Source: an uncultured virus (IMG/VR IMGVR_UViG_3300035187_003505) (taxonomy: Duplodnaviria; Heunggongvirae; Uroviricota; Caudoviricetes). From it: a stretch of DNA of 64,000 bases. The stretch lies in the IMG/VR virus record IMGVR_UViG_3300035187_003505; one strand, 5' to 3'. Shown here one piece after another: positions 46,319-56,717 of this stretch; within the stretch, counting starts at the first letter, position 1, and the number at the start of each line of letters is the position of its first letter. The notes beneath the pieces were generated by a model. The model worked only from the letters and a program-made list of their open reading frames with translations. It ran no database searches and had not been told where the DNA came from. Made by a program: the position numbers and the translations under genes.

Positions 46319-46776
46319 ACAAAGTAATAGTAGATCTCCGCCATATATTAAGTCAACCGGATACTAATTGGGAGGAGATCTATTTAGTAATTAGGGGTTC
46401 ATACATAGGTGCCGACTACCCGGCACACAGATTCTTAAGAACCCCTGTTAAAACTATTCGACAACTTCTTATTACTATTGATTTTCGTGCTAAACACGAA
46501 GCTAACGTGGCTAGTGCTGCAACAGCGCATGTAGCACATCATTTAATACAATATATGCACCGTCAAATCTACGGGGATAAAGATGTACCTACTACAGCCC
46601 CTAAAAACTTTTTACCTTTTCCAGATCTTAAGTACCCTGAGGAGGACGATAAAAATTCAAATACCCTAAAATCTAGTACCAGAACTATATTAAACAAACT
46701 TGCAGCTACCGGGCGTATTCCGCTAAAAATCAAAGAAGCTTTTACAGATATGCCCCCCGAGCTTGGGCGAAGCTGA
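46267..46776 (+). CDS. tail assembly chaperone extension (GT-like) reached by -1 frameshift
   Basis: G GGA AAG at 46267-46273 in correct phase; -1 frame open 46240-46776. Confidence 0.8.
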   Translation, partial: GKGHPAYDDSQSEKFDLDKVIVDLRHILSQPDTNWEEIYLVIRGSYIGADYPAHRFLRTPVKTIRQLLITIDFRAKHEANVASAATAHVAHHLIQYMHRQIYGDKDVPTTAPKNFLPFPDLKYPEEDDKNSNTLKSSTRTILNKLAATGRIPLKIKEAFTDMPPELGRS

Positions 46777-46822
46777 GCGGCAGCGCTAGACTCGGATATA
46801 GCGTGTTCTCTGCTTAAAATCA

Positions 46823-49800
46823 GTGACTGACTACAACATAAAAGTCACTAGCGATACTCAAGACGCGGAAAAGAAGCTAGTAAATATTGACAAATTAGCA
46901 GATAAAGCTACAAAACCTAGAAACATAAAAATAGATGTACCGTCGCTCAAAGACTTAGAAAAAGGTTTTACTGATGTCGGAAAAACTGTAACAGAGGCAG
47001 CCACTAATATACGAACCTTTTACGACACAACCAAAAATTTACCAGTAATTGGAGATATTTTTAAGCCGATCAAAGAGACAGAAGCGTGGGCCCGTAAATT
47101 AAGTGATACTGGCCCGCGCATAGCTAAAGTAGCCGGAAACATAAAAGAAGTGTCAACAGCCTCTGGTGCATTGGAGGTTGGAATGCGTTCTGCATCGACC
47201 GCATCCGAGATACTAATAACTAGATTAGCTAGAATAGGTTTTAGTCTATTTGCTCTAAAAGAAGGCGCAAATCTGCTTAAAGCCGCTTTCGGTGGATTTT
47301 TTAATGAAACTATAGGTCGTGAAATTCAACTCCAAGAGACAATACTTAAAACCCAGACTACATTGGCCTCGACTAATAAAGTATTCAAAAATGGAGTAGA
47401 GATAGCCGACCCGTATCAAAAAATTGTAGGGTTAACTGGAGAAATTGCTAAAAACATTGACAGTATCCGTACCCGTTCTATTGAATTAGCTGGAGTTACA
47501 TCAAATGATGTAATCGAGGTTTTTGGTATTGTCGCCGGACAAATAGGGGAAATCGGAGGGGGGCTTAAAGAAGCAGAAGACCTAGCAATAAATTTTGCTG
47601 CGGCTCTAGGTACGTTCGGGATACCTTTGTATCAAGCTAGGCAAGAGATAGGGTCGATACTGAGGGGTGACATTACTATGGACTCTTACCTAGCGAAAGC
47701 CTTAGGTATTACTAATAAAGATATAGCAGACGCAAAATCCAAAACCGGTGGTGTAGTTGCATTTATACAAGACAAGTTATCCGCCGCTGTAGCTGGCCAA
47801 AAAATAGCGGCACAAGGATTCCGAGGAGTATGGTCTAATATTAAAGATTTGCAAGAACTTATAGGCCAGAAATTTGGAGCTGGGCTTTTAGCACCATTGA
47901 TCAGTGGATTAACTAAAATATTCGACACCCTTTTCAAAATTAGAGGTCAAATTTTCGGTATTGCTGAGGCAGCGGGCCGTACAGTTGGTAATGTCGTCAC
48001 TACATTTACAGGTCAAATACGAGGAAGAGTAGTAGGCTCGTCCCCCGAGGGCGACCGTTCCATCGAACTAGCTAACAAAGCTCAAGATCTAGCTACCAAA
48101 GCTTTTAGCTCAATCGAACAGATAGCCAATAGGACAGTTGGTGCTATTTCTCGCATAATGGTTGCGCTTGCACCGACTGTAGAGAATCTAGTGCAATCTT
48201 TTACACTACTAGCTAAAGTATTTGTACAAATAAAAGTTGCCACATTCGAAAATCTTTTATCTATAATTGCTAATCTAGTTCAAATTGTATCTTCAGCCGT
48301 AAACGCATTTAGCGGACTGTTTAAGATGTATGCCGCAATAATTAGCCAACCTTTTGCGCAGTATATTAGTGAAATAGCTACACAAATGGGTTTTCTTAAA
48401 AAAGCTGGACTAGACACTATTTTTACTATTGTCGGTTTATTCAATTTTGTAAAAGGTACTCTTGGCCCTGTTGCAGCTACAGTAATGACTGTAATTGTTA
48501 GTGTAGTAGCAGCCATAGGCACCGTAATAGCTGCTATAGGTGCTCTTTCATTAGCTCTAGCTGGTGTGGCTACCGCATTTATTGGCCCGCTTGCTTTTAT
48601 TAAAGGTGCTGGAGTGGCATTAAAAGAACTATCTATAAGCCTGCGCACTGCAGGTAATGCGGCTACCGAGACAAGCGCCAGAATGAATGGTATGTCCGTC
48701 GCAATGGCTGGTGCCGCCAATGGGGCTAAAGGTTTAGCTCTTTCTTTAGCATCATCTTTGGGCGCTGCATTACTTCTACAAATAGCTATAACTGTAGTCG
48801 CGGATGCTTTTGGTAGGTTTCAGCGGGCCAAAGAGGAAGCTGCTGCTGACAGAAGAGCTGATGTGGCTCTAGAACGTCTAGCCACTACCTATAAAAATGT
48901 AGGAGACAGTGCCGATTCTGCGACCAAGGCTGCACGAGATTTCGAGCGGGCAATCGTAAGTACAAACTTTAACAAAGCGCTGCAAGATCTCGAAGATGTA
49001 AGGAAAAAAATAAATGATATTAAGTATGAAATGCAGAAGCCTGGTATAAACACTCTTGATGAGTTTCTCGCATTATCCGCCTTTAACGCCGTCCCTTTAA
49101 GTAGGGCTTTTGGCAGTTTTGGCGATTATCAAAAGCAACTTTTAGAGGAAAAAGAAAAGAAAGAAGCAGAAATAATGGCAAAAATTGCAAAACTTGCTAA
49201 AGCTACTGATAGAGATAGGGCAGTAGATAATTTCAAGATTCAAGCTGATAACGCAAAACAACTAGCAAAAGAGCAGATAGAGCTGGATAAAGAACGACAA
49301 AAAATTGAAAAATCTCATAAAGATAGGCTGTTTGATACACAACAGCAGATAGACAATAAGACATTAGACATTTTTAAGTTAACATCGGATATAGCAATTA
49401 GGCAAGTAGAACTTCGTAATAATAAACTAATAGAGGGTGAAAATGGTGCTGCTGGCGCAGCTTTACAAGCACTAGCCAACTATATATCTACCAAGAAAAA
49501 ATCAGAACTTTCCCTAGAAGTCACTAAACGTCAATTACAAATACAGGCTGCCGCACTTGATAAATCTGTTGTTGACTATAGATTATCAGTAGAAGAGCGT
49601 ATATTAGCGATAAAAGAACGGATAGGTAAATACGAAATAGGTGTGGCTAACTATATACTGGCGCAAAAGCAAAATGAAGCTGCTATTCTCACTTCTGTTG
49701 GACAGAACGGTGAAGGCAATATATTGCCCGGTGGAGTAATAACACCTACAGCTAGCGGTGGAGGATTCCATTCCTCTCGTACACGAGCAGGCGGGGTAAT

Positions 49801-52417
49801 CGAAGCTCATGGGGCCCAAGACATTGGAGCAGAGCCGGGATCGCGTGTAAATGCCCGGTTAGCTGGCACACTGATCAATATTCTGCGCAATTACGGTGGT
49901 AATGGAGATGCCGCTGTTATTAAATACGATAATGGTGAAACCGGAACTTATGGGCATATAAATCTCTCAGAAGGGATGAGAATAGGGTCAAGAGTAAGTC
50001 CTGGGGCACAAATAGGGAAAATTAACAACCCACCTCCAGGATTTAACCCGCATCTACACTACAAATTACAAGATTCTTTAGGTAAGCTGATAGATCCTGT
50101 TACCATAGTCGCTAACAGTTTGAAAATAAAAGGTAACGGCAGCTCAACAGGTGCAGTAACCGCTTCCAATATGACACGTTTCTTGGCCATGGTCGCCATG
50201 GGAGAAAGCAATGATATAAATTCTGCAGTAAATCCATCATCTGGTACACAAGGTCGTTTCCAATTCAAAGACTCAACTCGTACAGATGCGTTGAAACGTG
50301 GTCTACTAACTCCTACAGAAACAGCAAACTTGCTTGCTGATGATAAAAATAAACAATTCGCTGCTGTAGCAAAATATATTAAAGCGCTGAACCCTGTAGC
50401 AGCAGCTTATATTGAAGCAGGTGATTTTAACAATGCTGAACTTATGCTCAGCGGTGCTCGCGTGGGTAAAGGTGGAAACCAGCTATTCACTTCTCTAAAA
50501 GGTGGTAATGAAGCCGCTACAGGAAGCCGAAGAGCAGCCATGGAAAAAGCTCTGGGAGCGTCTAACTCTGCTACCACATCAACCTTCAACTTGTCAGAGC
50601 CTGTGCTCAACATGAAGAAGCTGCCAGCTCTTCAAACAGCAGAGTACAAGACTGCTGTAGAGACTATCAAAAGTCTTAACGAACAATATGCTGCTCTACA
50701 GGCACGTCTTGAAAATATCAATAGTAAAGCACAGTTTAAGGACATACTAAAAAACTTATACCCTACCAAAGAAAATACCGATCTTCAAGCTACAGTAGAT
50801 AATCTTGTACGTAGCTTAAACACAGTACAAGAAGCCGCAAAAGCGTCGTTTAATCCTGAGTTATATCAGATAGATATGGAAGAGGCTAAAGCTACTGCAC
50901 TGGTTAAGGAGCAGACACTCAAGTGGCAGCAAAAATTCAAAGAATTACAAGGTACAACTGCAGCCGAAAAAGTAGAGCTTGAGAAAGACGAGGAAATTAG
51001 GCGGAAAACTTTCATGACCTCTCTTCAACAAGAGTTTGATTTAAGGCGTCAAATAGTAACACTCACCCGCGACCAAAAATACGCTGTAGAGCTTATTGAT
51101 ACTATTGCCCAAAATCCTAAAAAACAGCTCTTGGCTATGCAACAGTTGCAAGCCGATAGAGCAGCAGTTTTTCGTAATAAGGATGATTATGTAGGTAATC
51201 GCTTAAGTGCAATCAATCTACAAATTGAGCAAGAACGCAGTAGTAAAAGCGAAGAACTCAAAAACAAGACTAATGTAGAATTATTTGAAAAACATGCCGC
51301 AGCATTACGAGCTAATGCTGTAGAACTGGGGTTATTTGAAGCCGCTACAGCTAAAATTACAGAAAAACTGAATTTAGCCCGAGAGGCTGCCAGTACATTT
51401 GTATCGGGGTTCAAAGGGATTTTCAAAGCAGCGCTATCAGGACAAGACATAGCTAGTGCTGTCACATCATTTACTGAAGGGTTATCAAATAAATTCATAG
51501 ATATGTTCAGTGACTACGCCTTTAAGCCTATGGAGAAACAAATGGAGGCCCTATTCTCTAAACTATTTGGTGTGAGTATTGACCCTCAAACTGCTAATAC
51601 CACAGCAACAGAAAATAACACATCAGCTTTGTTAAAACTAACAGATACTGTATCGATTGCAGCTATTGCGGCAAACAACATTGTCCCCGGACCAAACTCC
51701 ACCTTCGGTGGCCTAGACCCTAAAGGCTTCTCCCCCGAGGCCGGCTATTTCGACGCCTTCACCCCCACGAGCGCAGGCTCTACAATCACAACCCTCAATA
51801 CGGATCTAACCGGCCTGGGCGACACTATCAAAGACTTCGCCCCCGCTACCACCCAAGCAGCAACTGGTCTGCAGACCGTACTCGGGGGGATGGTTACTCT
51901 CGCGACCGGTGCGGCTACTATCTTCGGTGGCCTTTCCCAGATCGGCAAAGGTGGCACCCAGAATGTCCTCGCGGGCCTGGGTGGTGTTTTTGGCGGACTC
52001 GGGGGGCTGTTCGGTGGCGGCGGGCTGGGCATCTTCGGCAAGACCTTCGGAGGCTTCCGCGCTTCTGGCGGCCCCGTCCTCCCCTCCAGTTCCTACATCG
52101 TCGGTGAACGGGGCCCTGAACTATTCAGCCCCTCAGACCCCGGCTCGATCCTGCCTGCCGACGCTACCGCTGGGATGTTCAGCAACACCCGTGCGGCCCT
52201 GACCCCACTGGCTCCTCCCGCTCCCCCGAGGCCGATGTCCCTGCCCGGAGGTGCCATAGACATCCGCTACGAACCGCAACCAATCAATGGTGTCGAATAT
52301 GTCACCGTGAAGGAGTTCCGGCAGGGCGTGCAAGAAGCCGCCAACCAGGGGCGCGACCTTGCCTATAGTGGTATGCAGCTCGACCCCAATGTCCGCAGAG
52401 CCCTAGGTCTAACCTAA
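46823..52417 (+). CDS. tape measure protein with M23 peptidase-like and lysozyme-like domains
   Basis: 1864 aa helical; HGAQD..YGH..PHLHY; GES..N....GRFQF; C-terminal RASGGPV...Y.VGERGPELF. Confidence 0.92.
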   Translation: MTDYNIKVTSDTQDAEKKLVNIDKLADKATKPRNIKIDVPSLKDLEKGFTDVGKTVTEAATNIRTFYDTTKNLPVIGDIFKPIKETEAWARKLSDTGPRIAKVAGNIKEVSTASGALEVGMRSASTASEILITRLARIGFSLFALKEGANLLKAAFGGFFNETIGREIQLQETILKTQTTLASTNKVFKNGVEIADPYQKIVGLTGEIAKNIDSIRTRSIELAGVTSNDVIEVFGIVAGQIGEIGGGLKEAEDLAINFAAALGTFGIPLYQARQEIGSILRGDITMDSYLAKALGITNKDIADAKSKTGGVVAFIQDKLSAAVAGQKIAAQGFRGVWSNIKDLQELIGQKFGAGLLAPLISGLTKIFDTLFKIRGQIFGIAEAAGRTVGNVVTTFTGQIRGRVVGSSPEGDRSIELANKAQDLATKAFSSIEQIANRTVGAISRIMVALAPTVENLVQSFTLLAKVFVQIKVATFENLLSIIANLVQIVSSAVNAFSGLFKMYAAIISQPFAQYISEIATQMGFLKKAGLDTIFTIVGLFNFVKGTLGPVAATVMTVIVSVVAAIGTVIAAIGALSLALAGVATAFIGPLAFIKGAGVALKELSISLRTAGNAATETSARMNGMSVAMAGAANGAKGLALSLASSLGAALLLQIAITVVADAFGRFQRAKEEAAADRRADVALERLATTYKNVGDSADSATKAARDFERAIVSTNFNKALQDLEDVRKKINDIKYEMQKPGINTLDEFLALSAFNAVPLSRAFGSFGDYQKQLLEEKEKKEAEIMAKIAKLAKATDRDRAVDNFKIQADNAKQLAKEQIELDKERQKIEKSHKDRLFDTQQQIDNKTLDIFKLTSDIAIRQVELRNNKLIEGENGAAGAALQALANYISTKKKSELSLEVTKRQLQIQAAALDKSVVDYRLSVEERILAIKERIGKYEIGVANYILAQKQNEAAILTSVGQNGEGNILPGGVITPTASGGGFHSSRTRAGGVIEAHGAQDIGAEPGSRVNARLAGTLINILRNYGGNGDAAVIKYDNGETGTYGHINLSEGMRIGSRVSPGAQIGKINNPPPGFNPHLHYKLQDSLGKLIDPVTIVANSLKIKGNGSSTGAVTASNMTRFLAMVAMGESNDINSAVNPSSGTQGRFQFKDSTRTDALKRGLLTPTETANLLADDKNKQFAAVAKYIKALNPVAAAYIEAGDFNNAELMLSGARVGKGGNQLFTSLKGGNEAATGSRRAAMEKALGASNSATTSTFNLSEPVLNMKKLPALQTAEYKTAVETIKSLNEQYAALQARLENINSKAQFKDILKNLYPTKENTDLQATVDNLVRSLNTVQEAAKASFNPELYQIDMEEAKATALVKEQTLKWQQKFKELQGTTAAEKVELEKDEEIRRKTFMTSLQQEFDLRRQIVTLTRDQKYAVELIDTIAQNPKKQLLAMQQLQADRAAVFRNKDDYVGNRLSAINLQIEQERSSKSEELKNKTNVELFEKHAAALRANAVELGLFEAATAKITEKLNLAREAASTFVSGFKGIFKAALSGQDIASAVTSFTEGLSNKFIDMFSDYAFKPMEKQMEALFSKLFGVSIDPQTANTTATENNTSALLKLTDTVSIAAIAANNIVPGPNSTFGGLDPKGFSPEAGYFDAFTPTSAGSTITTLNTDLTGLGDTIKDFAPATTQAATGLQTVLGGMVTLATGAATIFGGLSQIGKGGTQNVLAGLGGVFGGLGGLFGGGGLGIFGKTFGGFRASGGPVLPSSSYIVGERGPELFSPSDPGSILPADATAGMFSNTRAALTPLAPPAPPRPMSLPGGAIDIRYEPQPINGVEYVTVKEFRQGVQEAANQGRDLAYSGMQLDPNVRRALGLT

Positions 52418-52902
52418 TGCGTAGATCCAGTTTTGCTGAATACATACGCTTCGTGGATAAAGCTGGCAACTACGTCCCGGCTAGAGCATTTCAAAACTAC
52501 TTCATCAATAAAGCCAGACTATATGAAGGTACTTACTACACATTCGCCCCCTTTGGGGTTTCAGGATCATCATCCAAACGAGGTGGTGCCACATCATCCG
52601 GCGGATTAGTTACTGTACCTAACGAGCTAACAGTATCTTTATTTACCGAAGCCATCCTATCTGGCTGGTTAGTAGAAATACAAACTGTAATAATCACTAC
52701 CGCCGAAGGTGTAGAGCCCACCGAAGGCACCACAGCATTAACACAGATATGGGCTTGTAGCGGAGGTCCCCAGAATGATCAAAAGTGTTCAATAAATCTC
52801 CGTAACCCCTTTGATGCTGTTGTACAACAAGTACCTAAAGGTATTCTATCGTCCTACCGCGTGGGTAATCTGCCCCCAACTGGTAATATTTTGTCGTCCT
52901 AA
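52417..52902 (+). CDS. minor tail protein
   Basis: Coupled to TMP; Y.FAPFG, L.NPFDAV..QVP. Confidence 0.75.
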   Translation: MRRSSFAEYIRFVDKAGNYVPARAFQNYFINKARLYEGTYYTFAPFGVSGSSSKRGGATSSGGLVTVPNELTVSLFTEAILSGWLVEIQTVIITTAEGVEPTEGTTALTQIWACSGGPQNDQKCSINLRNPFDAVVQQVPKGILSSYRVGNLPPTGNILSS

Positions 52903-52923
52903 GCTAGAGCCTTAGACTGATTC

Positions 52924-53319
52924 ATGACTTCTCCGAGTTACACCGGCTGGCACCCCTGGCTAGGACTACCTCACCGCATTGGTGCCGACCCCCGCAACGG
53001 TGAAGCCTGTTGCTGCCTAAGGATGGCCCAGATCATCATGGAGGAGATCGGGAGGGATCCCCCCGAGATCGACCCCCGATGGGAGCATTTGGCCCGAGAA
53101 CGCCGCTGGACTGATCTATACGAAGAGTTCCAGCTCATTGCGATTAAAGCCGCTGTAGATGAAGAGCTATGGTCTCTAGTCCCATTACTAACTCCAGTGT
53201 CTTTCGGCATTGGGGTTGTAGTTCCTGATAAGTTATTGCTAGCCGTACATCACCGCCAAGGGCTCACGACAGTGCCTCTACTACAGTTAAAAAGTCCGCT
53301 TTACTATAATTTGCGGTAA
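52924..53319 (+). CDS. NlpC/P60-like tail tip assembly protein (gpK-like)
   Basis: WLGLPHR.GADP....CC.; position before tip protein. Confidence 0.65.
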   Translation: MTSPSYTGWHPWLGLPHRIGADPRNGEACCCLRMAQIIMEEIGRDPPEIDPRWEHLARERRWTDLYEEFQLIAIKAAVDEELWSLVPLLTPVSFGIGVVVPDKLLLAVHHRQGLTTVPLLQLKSPLYYNLR

Positions 53320-56300
53320 TGGAGTACAAACCTTTACCTAGCGACGAGTACCTAGCAGAAATGCTGGGACTTACGCCAGCTCAAATGGAATGGTTTCAGC
53401 AAGAAATTGATAGCAAAGTTAAAATAGACCCTGGTGTACCGCAAGCAGGTCTTGAGACTTTAGCAATAGTATCTGCTGGACTGAGCATAGGATTTAACAT
53501 AGCTGCAAGCTTTTTCAAGCCAAAACAAGGTGGAGGTAAAAATGGGGGCATTAAAACACAATCGCCAGATCCTGTAAACATCACAAGAAACCAGAAATTT
53601 GCCCCTAGAAGAGGTTTCGATAGCGTACAACAGCCAGCAATTCTTGGTACTACTACCCCAGTAATCTATGCCAACCAGCTTTATATGCTGGCGCAGGCTT
53701 CACCCCCGAGGCCGGAAGGTCGCTATGGAGGAGTGAGGGTCAACATGCAATTACTCTGGAGCCAGATGCTCAGCTCCAGTGGCAGCCAGATATTAAAAGC
53801 TATTTTCATGCTCGGGGAAGGCAGGATTTGCTGTATAGATCCAAAGAGTTTCGCCGTAGGGGATAACACTTTAGGCACTTATGATTTAGACACCGCAGCC
53901 GCCCAAGCTGCAGGGAGGCTAACGCTCTACTACGCTGGTAATGGAGGTAGATTAAGAAGCACTGATTATTTAGCTGGTAGATCCCCAAGCACTGATATAG
54001 GTAACGCCGAAAATACTGGAGGAGCCGATGTATTTTCAATTAGATCTGAAGGAAACGCATGGAGGCAAGATTCTTGCTTTACGGCCAAGCCATCTACTCA
54101 AACCACATTTGGAGTCTACAACATAATACCTAACAACTTAGGGTTGAGAATAAATCCTCGTATTCGTCCAACAATAAATCTATGGACTAAAAATAGAGAA
54201 AGTAAGAAAAAATACGAGGTTCGTGTAAATGACGATGCCGTAGCACTAGCTGATATGTGGAAATCTAGATACTGGTGGTCAGGGCGCAGTGGGATTATAT
54301 CTACAAGCACTGGCAGCTCCGTGCTAAACGTTGGAGATACATTTGTGTATATGTTGTCGAAAACATCTGCAGCGACTACACAGATAAAATTTGAGGCTTC
54401 TAACACAAATAATCCATCTGAGGCCGAACCTGGAATTGCAAAATGCGCAGATATAGCTAATACCATAGCATCGCGTCAAATGAGTGCTGCTAATGCGCTA
54501 TCCATAGGTGAGTTATATAAGGTAGGTTCTTGTCTAGCTGTTGTTACGGAAATATCACCATCAGACAAAGTGTTTAGTAGCGAAGTGGACAACTACCCGG
54601 TTAGAGGGGGGCAATCTATATACTACACCTTTACAGTAGTCCGTAACGGAGTTATTACTATAATACCTTTGTCTAGAGTAGACAATGATGATACTGACAA
54701 AATAATATATCCTCCACAGTGGGCAAAAGCCACAAATACTAGACAGCAGAACCTAGCTAGTTATCCCAACGGCACTGACTATGATACCGCTACAAGCACT
54801 GCACAGATATTCCGCTGCGCTATAGCAAACATTCAGTTAAACCAGAGAGTAAAGTGCTTTGAGCTAGGAATAAAATCTGCAGTAGGTATTAGAGCTTCAG
54901 GTCTTTGTAATTTCAAAGATGCTAAAAGATTGGATGAAGTCAACTATGTAGCCGGTTATAAATACCATGAAACTCTGCATGATCCAGACAAAGACATAGA
55001 TACTCAAAACTTCCAATCAGGTCAGTTAAATGACACCGCAGAGAGATACTCATTTTGGAGGATGAGTATAGTCACTGAAGATGGTACTCGTGTTGTGCTG
55101 CCGGCGTCTATTGGTATTCGTAGTCAAAGCCAGCAAGCAATATATAATTACATACGTGTAGAGCAGCCAGTAGCAGCTACACCACAAATTGAGCTTGAGC
55201 CACTGACCGGCTGGGAAATACGCAATGGGCTGGCTGTAGCCCCCTTTATTGTATTAGACGGTAACATATCTTCATCTAATACTCTTAACTTAGGAGGTTA
55301 TTTAATAACATGGTCTGGAACAGTAGTAGAAAATACATCCGATACATTTAGACTTCATTCTTGGGAACCTAACGAAGATTTAGGGTATAAGTGGACAGAC
55401 ACTGCAGGTAGAGACTCTATGCTTGATTGTTGGGGTAAGGTAGCTGAAGCTTTTGTGTACGAAGAGGTGCAGACTACCGCTGCTCAGGGTCCAGAACATG
55501 AAATAACCTATGTTAACGTCATAACCGCCAATGAAACAACACCTAAATATGACTTTTTAGCCATAGTCGGTGGTGTATTCCGTGCAGCGACTGAATGGAG
55601 CCAGTTTGCCCAATTCTCGGTTAGGGTTACCGGGGGACGTATGGTAAGGCGAGTTTTACATAGCAATAGTCCAGGTCCCAGTAATTTGCTACCAGACATA
55701 GGTTATGACCTATGTCGTAGCTCACGTTTAGGACTTGGTCAATCTGTAAGCGACAAACAGCTAGATCTAGTATCATTCTACAATACAGGCTTATGGCTAA
55801 AGAAGAGACGATACTTTTTTGATGGTGTACTAACAGAAAAAGTTAATATACGCCAATGGCTAGCGGACATTGGCGGGACTATGTTAGTAGATATTACAGA
55901 GAAAAACGGTAGGTTAGCGATGGAGCCGGCGGTGGTCTTCCCCGAGGACGGGACCGGAAAACCTCCAATATCCGGGCTTTACACTGCAGGCAACATATTA
56001 CCCAACTCGTTTTCGCTAACATTTATACCAGAAGAAGATAGACAACCTATCCAAGCATCAGGTAAATGGCGAGAAGAACGTTCGCGGGCGTCATACACGA
56101 GAAATGGTGTATTTCCAGTTGAGCGGGAGGTACGATTGCGGGAGGCCGACCGGCCAGAATCCGACCCCATAGAGGTTTTCGATCTATCAGAATATTGTAC
56201 CAATTTTGAACAATGTGTCGATGCGCTTTGCTATATTGTACGGCTTCGCCGGCTGATTACCCATTCTGTGCAGTTTAGCACTCGCCCTTCAGGAATACTC

Positions 56301-56714
56301 GGAGGCTTATATCCAGGAGCCTATATCCGTTTGGCTCTTGATTATACATATTATGATGAGTTCGCTAATGGTATTGTTTTGAATGATGGTACTCTTGTCA
56401 CTACTCGTCCAGACCTTCTACCTGCAGGTAACCACACAGTTACATACTGGGATGGATTAAGCTCAGCCTTGTCGGAAGGAACTATTACCGTAGGAACTTA
56501 CGGTAAAGCGAGCCCTGCTGGAATTATTTTTATGAAGAAAACAATCACCTCTCAAGTGCGTACTTACAAAGTCGATGAGGTATCCATAAATAGCAATAGA
56601 GATATTGATGTCAAAGCTACACATCATCCTACTGATAATGATGGATACTCTTTAATAACCAAAAACTGGACCAGTTATGTAACTGACACTAATTGGATCA
56701 TACAAAGAGGCTAG
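53319..56714 (+). CDS. tail tip/central fibre protein (gpJ-like)
   Basis: 1131 aa; G.T.PVIY, LGEG, YFFDGV, F.AGNI...SF motifs. Confidence 0.85.
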   Translation: MEYKPLPSDEYLAEMLGLTPAQMEWFQQEIDSKVKIDPGVPQAGLETLAIVSAGLSIGFNIAASFFKPKQGGGKNGGIKTQSPDPVNITRNQKFAPRRGFDSVQQPAILGTTTPVIYANQLYMLAQASPPRPEGRYGGVRVNMQLLWSQMLSSSGSQILKAIFMLGEGRICCIDPKSFAVGDNTLGTYDLDTAAAQAAGRLTLYYAGNGGRLRSTDYLAGRSPSTDIGNAENTGGADVFSIRSEGNAWRQDSCFTAKPSTQTTFGVYNIIPNNLGLRINPRIRPTINLWTKNRESKKKYEVRVNDDAVALADMWKSRYWWSGRSGIISTSTGSSVLNVGDTFVYMLSKTSAATTQIKFEASNTNNPSEAEPGIAKCADIANTIASRQMSAANALSIGELYKVGSCLAVVTEISPSDKVFSSEVDNYPVRGGQSIYYTFTVVRNGVITIIPLSRVDNDDTDKIIYPPQWAKATNTRQQNLASYPNGTDYDTATSTAQIFRCAIANIQLNQRVKCFELGIKSAVGIRASGLCNFKDAKRLDEVNYVAGYKYHETLHDPDKDIDTQNFQSGQLNDTAERYSFWRMSIVTEDGTRVVLPASIGIRSQSQQAIYNYIRVEQPVAATPQIELEPLTGWEIRNGLAVAPFIVLDGNISSSNTLNLGGYLITWSGTVVENTSDTFRLHSWEPNEDLGYKWTDTAGRDSMLDCWGKVAEAFVYEEVQTTAAQGPEHEITYVNVITANETTPKYDFLAIVGGVFRAATEWSQFAQFSVRVTGGRMVRRVLHSNSPGPSNLLPDIGYDLCRSSRLGLGQSVSDKQLDLVSFYNTGLWLKKRRYFFDGVLTEKVNIRQWLADIGGTMLVDITEKNGRLAMEPAVVFPEDGTGKPPISGLYTAGNILPNSFSLTFIPEEDRQPIQASGKWREERSRASYTRNGVFPVEREVRLREADRPESDPIEVFDLSEYCTNFEQCVDALCYIVRLRRLITHSVQFSTRPSGILGGLYPGAYIRLALDYTYYDEFANGIVLNDGTLVTTRPDLLPAGNHTVTYWDGLSSALSEGTITVGTYGKASPAGIIFMKKTITSQVRTYKVDEVSINSNRDIDVKATHHPTDNDGYSLITKNWTSYVTDTNWIIQRG

Positions 56715-56717
56715 ATA

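Noticed and set aside
43165..46776. Contractile tail
   Set aside because: No sheath or baseplate wedge genes recognised; gene order is siphovirus-like
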